Shown piece after piece: positions 61,307-64,000 of a stretch of DNA of 64,000 nucleotides; position 1 is the first letter of the stretch; each line of letters opens with the position of its first letter. The translations under genes were made by a program, and so were the position numbers. Origin of the DNA: an uncultured Candidatus Saccharibacteria bacterium (lineage in GTDB: Bacteria > Patescibacteriota > Doudnabacteria > UBA920); contig CAYSUI010000001.1 of NCBI GenBank assembly GCA_964434195.1, forward strand, positions 79,833-143,832, given 5' to 3'. A model generated the notes under the pieces. The model saw only the letters and a program-made list of their open reading frames with translations, ran no database searches and was not told the DNA's origin.

Positions 61307-62935
61307 TTATTTTAGTCTACTATCGCCGTACTCTAGAGGGTTAAGAACCCCTACTTGGAAGTCGTAACTGTTGGCGGGGACTACTAGCCTGTCTTCTCCT
61401 CCGTTATTTATGAATACCTCATAAGAAGGGACTGGTATAAGACCTAATTCATGAACGAAATATACTGTATTACCACTTTTTACCCAACTACCCCAAGGGT
61501 GCCTGCTGTAGCTTGAACTTACGTTGTAGTTGGACGAAATTAACCCGGTATATCCAACGTCCTTAACATTTTCCCACTTGAAGCCTAGACCTAGAAAAGC
61601 TGATGCACTAGTGAAGCCAGATTTGAGGTTTTTATAAACTATATAGACAGTACCATTTTCTTTAATAAGGGTACCGTTTTTATATATGCTGGAACCATAT
61701 ACCGTACCATAGCCACTACCATAACCACAGTTAGAAATTGGGAGAGTGAATTGGTTTACCCCACGCCTTCCTAATGAATCTGTAACCTGAATTCCGAAAC
61801 TCTGATTGCTACCACAATACGGAGTACCGGTTATTAGCCCGTTATAATTCAGAGTTAATCCACTAGGTAAACTACCAGAGGAAAGTGCGTAGGTGTATGG
61901 ATAACTACCCCCTGCGGCGTTTAATTGAAAAGAATAATATTGGCCCGAATTGGCACTTGGAAGAGTTGTCTGAGTAAAATATGGACTACCCGAGCCATAG
62001 TAATAGCCTGAACCATAGCCAACTACATTAACGTATAGGTACCCACAATTTTGGTTCGTTGCGCAAACTGTAATGGTAGTACTTCCGTTGTTTATTCCGT
62101 TAATTGTAAGACTACTACCTGATACGTAAGCGGAGGCAACATTAGAATTTGAGTTATTTGAAATATAGTACCCTGTACCGTAATTGGTTTGGTTGTTATA
62201 AATAGTTAAATTCCTACTCTGCCCTACTGCAACAGTGGGGCTACTTTCACTAAATGTAATCTGACTTCCATAATAATTACCAGAACCCACTGTTACATAC
62301 AAGATACCGCAAGACGATGAATTACTTGAACAAACGGTAATCTGACTATTACCAGTGCTCTGTCCAAAAACATACAAGTTGCTTCCTGTAATAGAAGCGG
62401 TTACTACACTTGAATTAGAATTGTTGGAAATGTAGTAACTGTTATTGTAACCACCATATATGGAGATGGTTTGAGACTGAGAATAGTTAAGTGTGATATT
62501 ACTCTGACTGAAAGTTATCTGTCCGCCGTAGCAATTGTTGTTGTAATAATTACAACCGCCACAATTGTTGTTATAGCAACTATTATTTGGGTACACAGAC
62601 TGAATACTGGACTGTTGTCCGTTTACGACAACATAGTATTCTACTTGACCACCACCTGTACCAAGCCCGATCATTGTGGAAAAATAACCACCCTGGTCAG
62701 TCATACCAAAATTGGTTATGGTGGTCCAAAGAATAGTACCACTCTGCCTTTGGTTTAGTGTTATTTGGGCGTAGGGGTCTGCACCCGATATAGACAACCG
62801 GATAGTACCACCGTCTTGCTGAGTAATATTTAATTGAGGTTGACCCGCAAAGGCTACGGGTGTAAATGATAGTAGAACTAAACTAATCAATACCCCACTT
62901 ACGATCCGCCCCCATTTTTGAAGTGTATTTGGCAT
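61307..62935 (-). CDS. Secreted surface protein with Ig-like repeats
   Basis: Signal peptide; two QITFS..YYISNNSNS.V repeats; He_PIG-like LPSGLTL..G.ITGTP. Confidence 0.8.
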   Translation of the reverse strand: MPNTLQKWGRIVSGVLISLVLLSFTPVAFAGQPQLNITQQDGGTIRLSISGADPYAQITLNQRQSGTILWTTITNFGMTDQGGYFSTMIGLGTGGGQVEYYVVVNGQQSSIQSVYPNNSCYNNNCGGCNYYNNNCYGGQITFSQSNITLNYSQSQTISIYGGYNNSYYISNNSNSSVVTASITGSNLYVFGQSTGNSQITVCSSNSSSCGILYVTVGSGNYYGSQITFSESSPTVAVGQSRNLTIYNNQTNYGTGYYISNNSNSNVASAYVSGSSLTINGINNGSTTITVCATNQNCGYLYVNVVGYGSGYYYGSGSPYFTQTTLPSANSGQYYSFQLNAAGGSYPYTYALSSGSLPSGLTLNYNGLITGTPYCGSNQSFGIQVTDSLGRRGVNQFTLPISNCGYGSGYGTVYGSSIYKNGTLIKENGTVYIVYKNLKSGFTSASAFLGLGFKWENVKDVGYTGLISSNYNVSSSYSRHPWGSWVKSGNTVYFVHELGLIPVPSYEVFINNGGEDRLVVPANSYDFQVGVLNPLEYGDSRLK

Positions 62936-62985
62936 AAAATTTTGTTAGTTGTTTAGCCTTTAATTATACTCTTCGGGGCAAAAGC

Positions 62986-63600
62986 TTACCAGTTCTTAGC
63001 CCCTTCGGTCCAAAAACCTACACCTGTGTATCCCCCAGCACAACCACTTGGATCTCCAGGGTCAGCTACGCACCAAGCCGTGTCCACCAAAAGACCGTTA
63101 TAAAAAGACATATTCTCCGGATTAATATAAGATCCCACCTTAAAATCTCGACCATCAGAAATATACCAATATCCCCTCTCTGTCTCTAACGACTCTTGGC
63201 CGGGCTGGACTTGTCTAGCGTATACATCTCTTAGCTCACTTGCCATAAAAGGGAGTAGCGCCGAGCGAATATCAGCTGCCACAACCTGACCATTGTAGGG
63301 ATTTAAAATATCTCTATCTTTTACTGTGGTAGTAACGCAATCCCAGCAACCCCATTCACCATTGGTGTCATATGGACCAATAAATGTTGCTGGGTAGTAA
63401 TTGTTATGTGCATAAAATAATTCTATAGCAGAATTCAACTGCCTAAGATTACTTGCACGCAACGCATCACGGGAAGTGGACCTTGCTTTTTGTAGAGCTA
63501 CTAATACCAAGGAAGCCAGTAGCGCAATAATAGCTATAACTACCAGTAACTCAATGAGCGTAAAACCAGATTTACTTTTTTTTATATATCCACTACTCAT
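62986..63600 (-). CDS. Type IV pilin / pseudopilin
   Basis: GFTLIELLVVIAIIALLAS motif. Confidence 0.9.
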   Translation of the reverse strand: MSSGYIKKSKSGFTLIELLVVIAIIALLASLVLVALQKARSTSRDALRASNLRQLNSAIELFYAHNNYYPATFIGPYDTNGEWGCWDCVTTTVKDRDILNPYNGQVVAADIRSALLPFMASELRDVYARQVQPGQESLETERGYWYISDGRDFKVGSYINPENMSFYNGLLVDTAWCVADPGDPSGCAGGYTGVGFWTEGAKNW

Positions 63601-64000
63601 TAAACAAGCTTAAGAATATAAGATAAAACGGATAGAGCTGCTCTTAGTCCTTGACCTTCTGAGACCCCAGTGTTCCCCCCTGTTGAACCCGTGCAATCCC
63701 CAGCAGCGTATACGCCTGGTACGCCTGTTTCCATAAGTGCATTCGTTTTAATAAATCCCTTAGTATCTTTTGAAGTAAGTAAGTCGAAATGGGTATTTGC
63801 GAAGAATTCCTGTTCTATGAAGAGATTGTCCGCTTCTACATTTTCTAGTTGTGTTTTTCCGTTATCGATTTCGATGAATAATTTACCAGACTTTGTATGA
63901 ATTTTTTTTATAATGGAACTATTCTTGAAAGTAATGTTACTCTTTCCTTCTATTTTTTGTTTTTCTGAATCATTTACAGAGAACGAATGTTTAGGATTTA
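63600..64000 (-). CDS. C-terminal part of a thioredoxin-reductase-like FAD oxidoreductase (partial, apparent frameshift)
   Basis: Manual translation GFIKTNALMETGVPGVYAAGDCT..EG..AA; stop overlaps the pilin ATG (TAATG); not in the ORF track. Confidence 0.75.
   Translation of the reverse strand, partial: NPKHSFSVNDSEKQKIEGKSNITFKNSSIIKKIHTKSGKLFIEIDNGKTQLENVEADNLFIEQEFFANTHFDLLTSKDTKGFIKTNALMETGVPGVYAAGDCTGSTGGNTGVSEGQGLRAALSVLSYILKLV

Noticed and set aside
9260-63600. Diversity-generating retroelement or pilin shufflon
   Set aside because: No reverse transcriptase, no template/variable repeat pair and no invertase seen; the two pilins share only the N-terminal motif.
4745-63900. Numerous 60-160 aa ORFs antisense to or nested in recognised genes
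   Set aside because: Shadow frames with no RBS or motifs.

Overview
An AT-rich bacterial chromosome segment using genetic code 11. The gene repertoire (several type IV pilins, sortase, a short HrcA, secG next to an ABC solute-binding protein, and many orphan ORFs) suggests a Patescibacteria/CPR genome; this is an inference. Core genes recognised: dprA, topA, ndh, hrcA-grpE-dnaK-dnaJ, dipZ, uvrA, uvrC, secG, rnj, trpS, a phosphomannomutase, ychF, rpsF-ssb-rpsR, efp and six tRNAs. The main unexplained signals are four. (1) At 2.1-2.8 kb, two tandem, highly structured minus-strand non-coding RNA candidates (~390 nt and ~190 nt), each with its own promoter and terminator, lie upstream of two orphan genes, one encoding a multi-zinc-finger protein with a possible TBP-like domain. 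(2) A decayed large-serine-recombinase island sits at tRNA-Lys; its attP can be rebuilt inside the recombinase gene and would swap the protein's C-terminal tail, and tRNA-fragment scars surround it. (3) A dispersed family of AAA-loop hairpins occurs next to a CTAT motif. (4) About 20 orphan genes have strong Shine-Dalgarno sites, while core genes are mostly SD-less or leaderless. All calls are by eye; no database searches were run.
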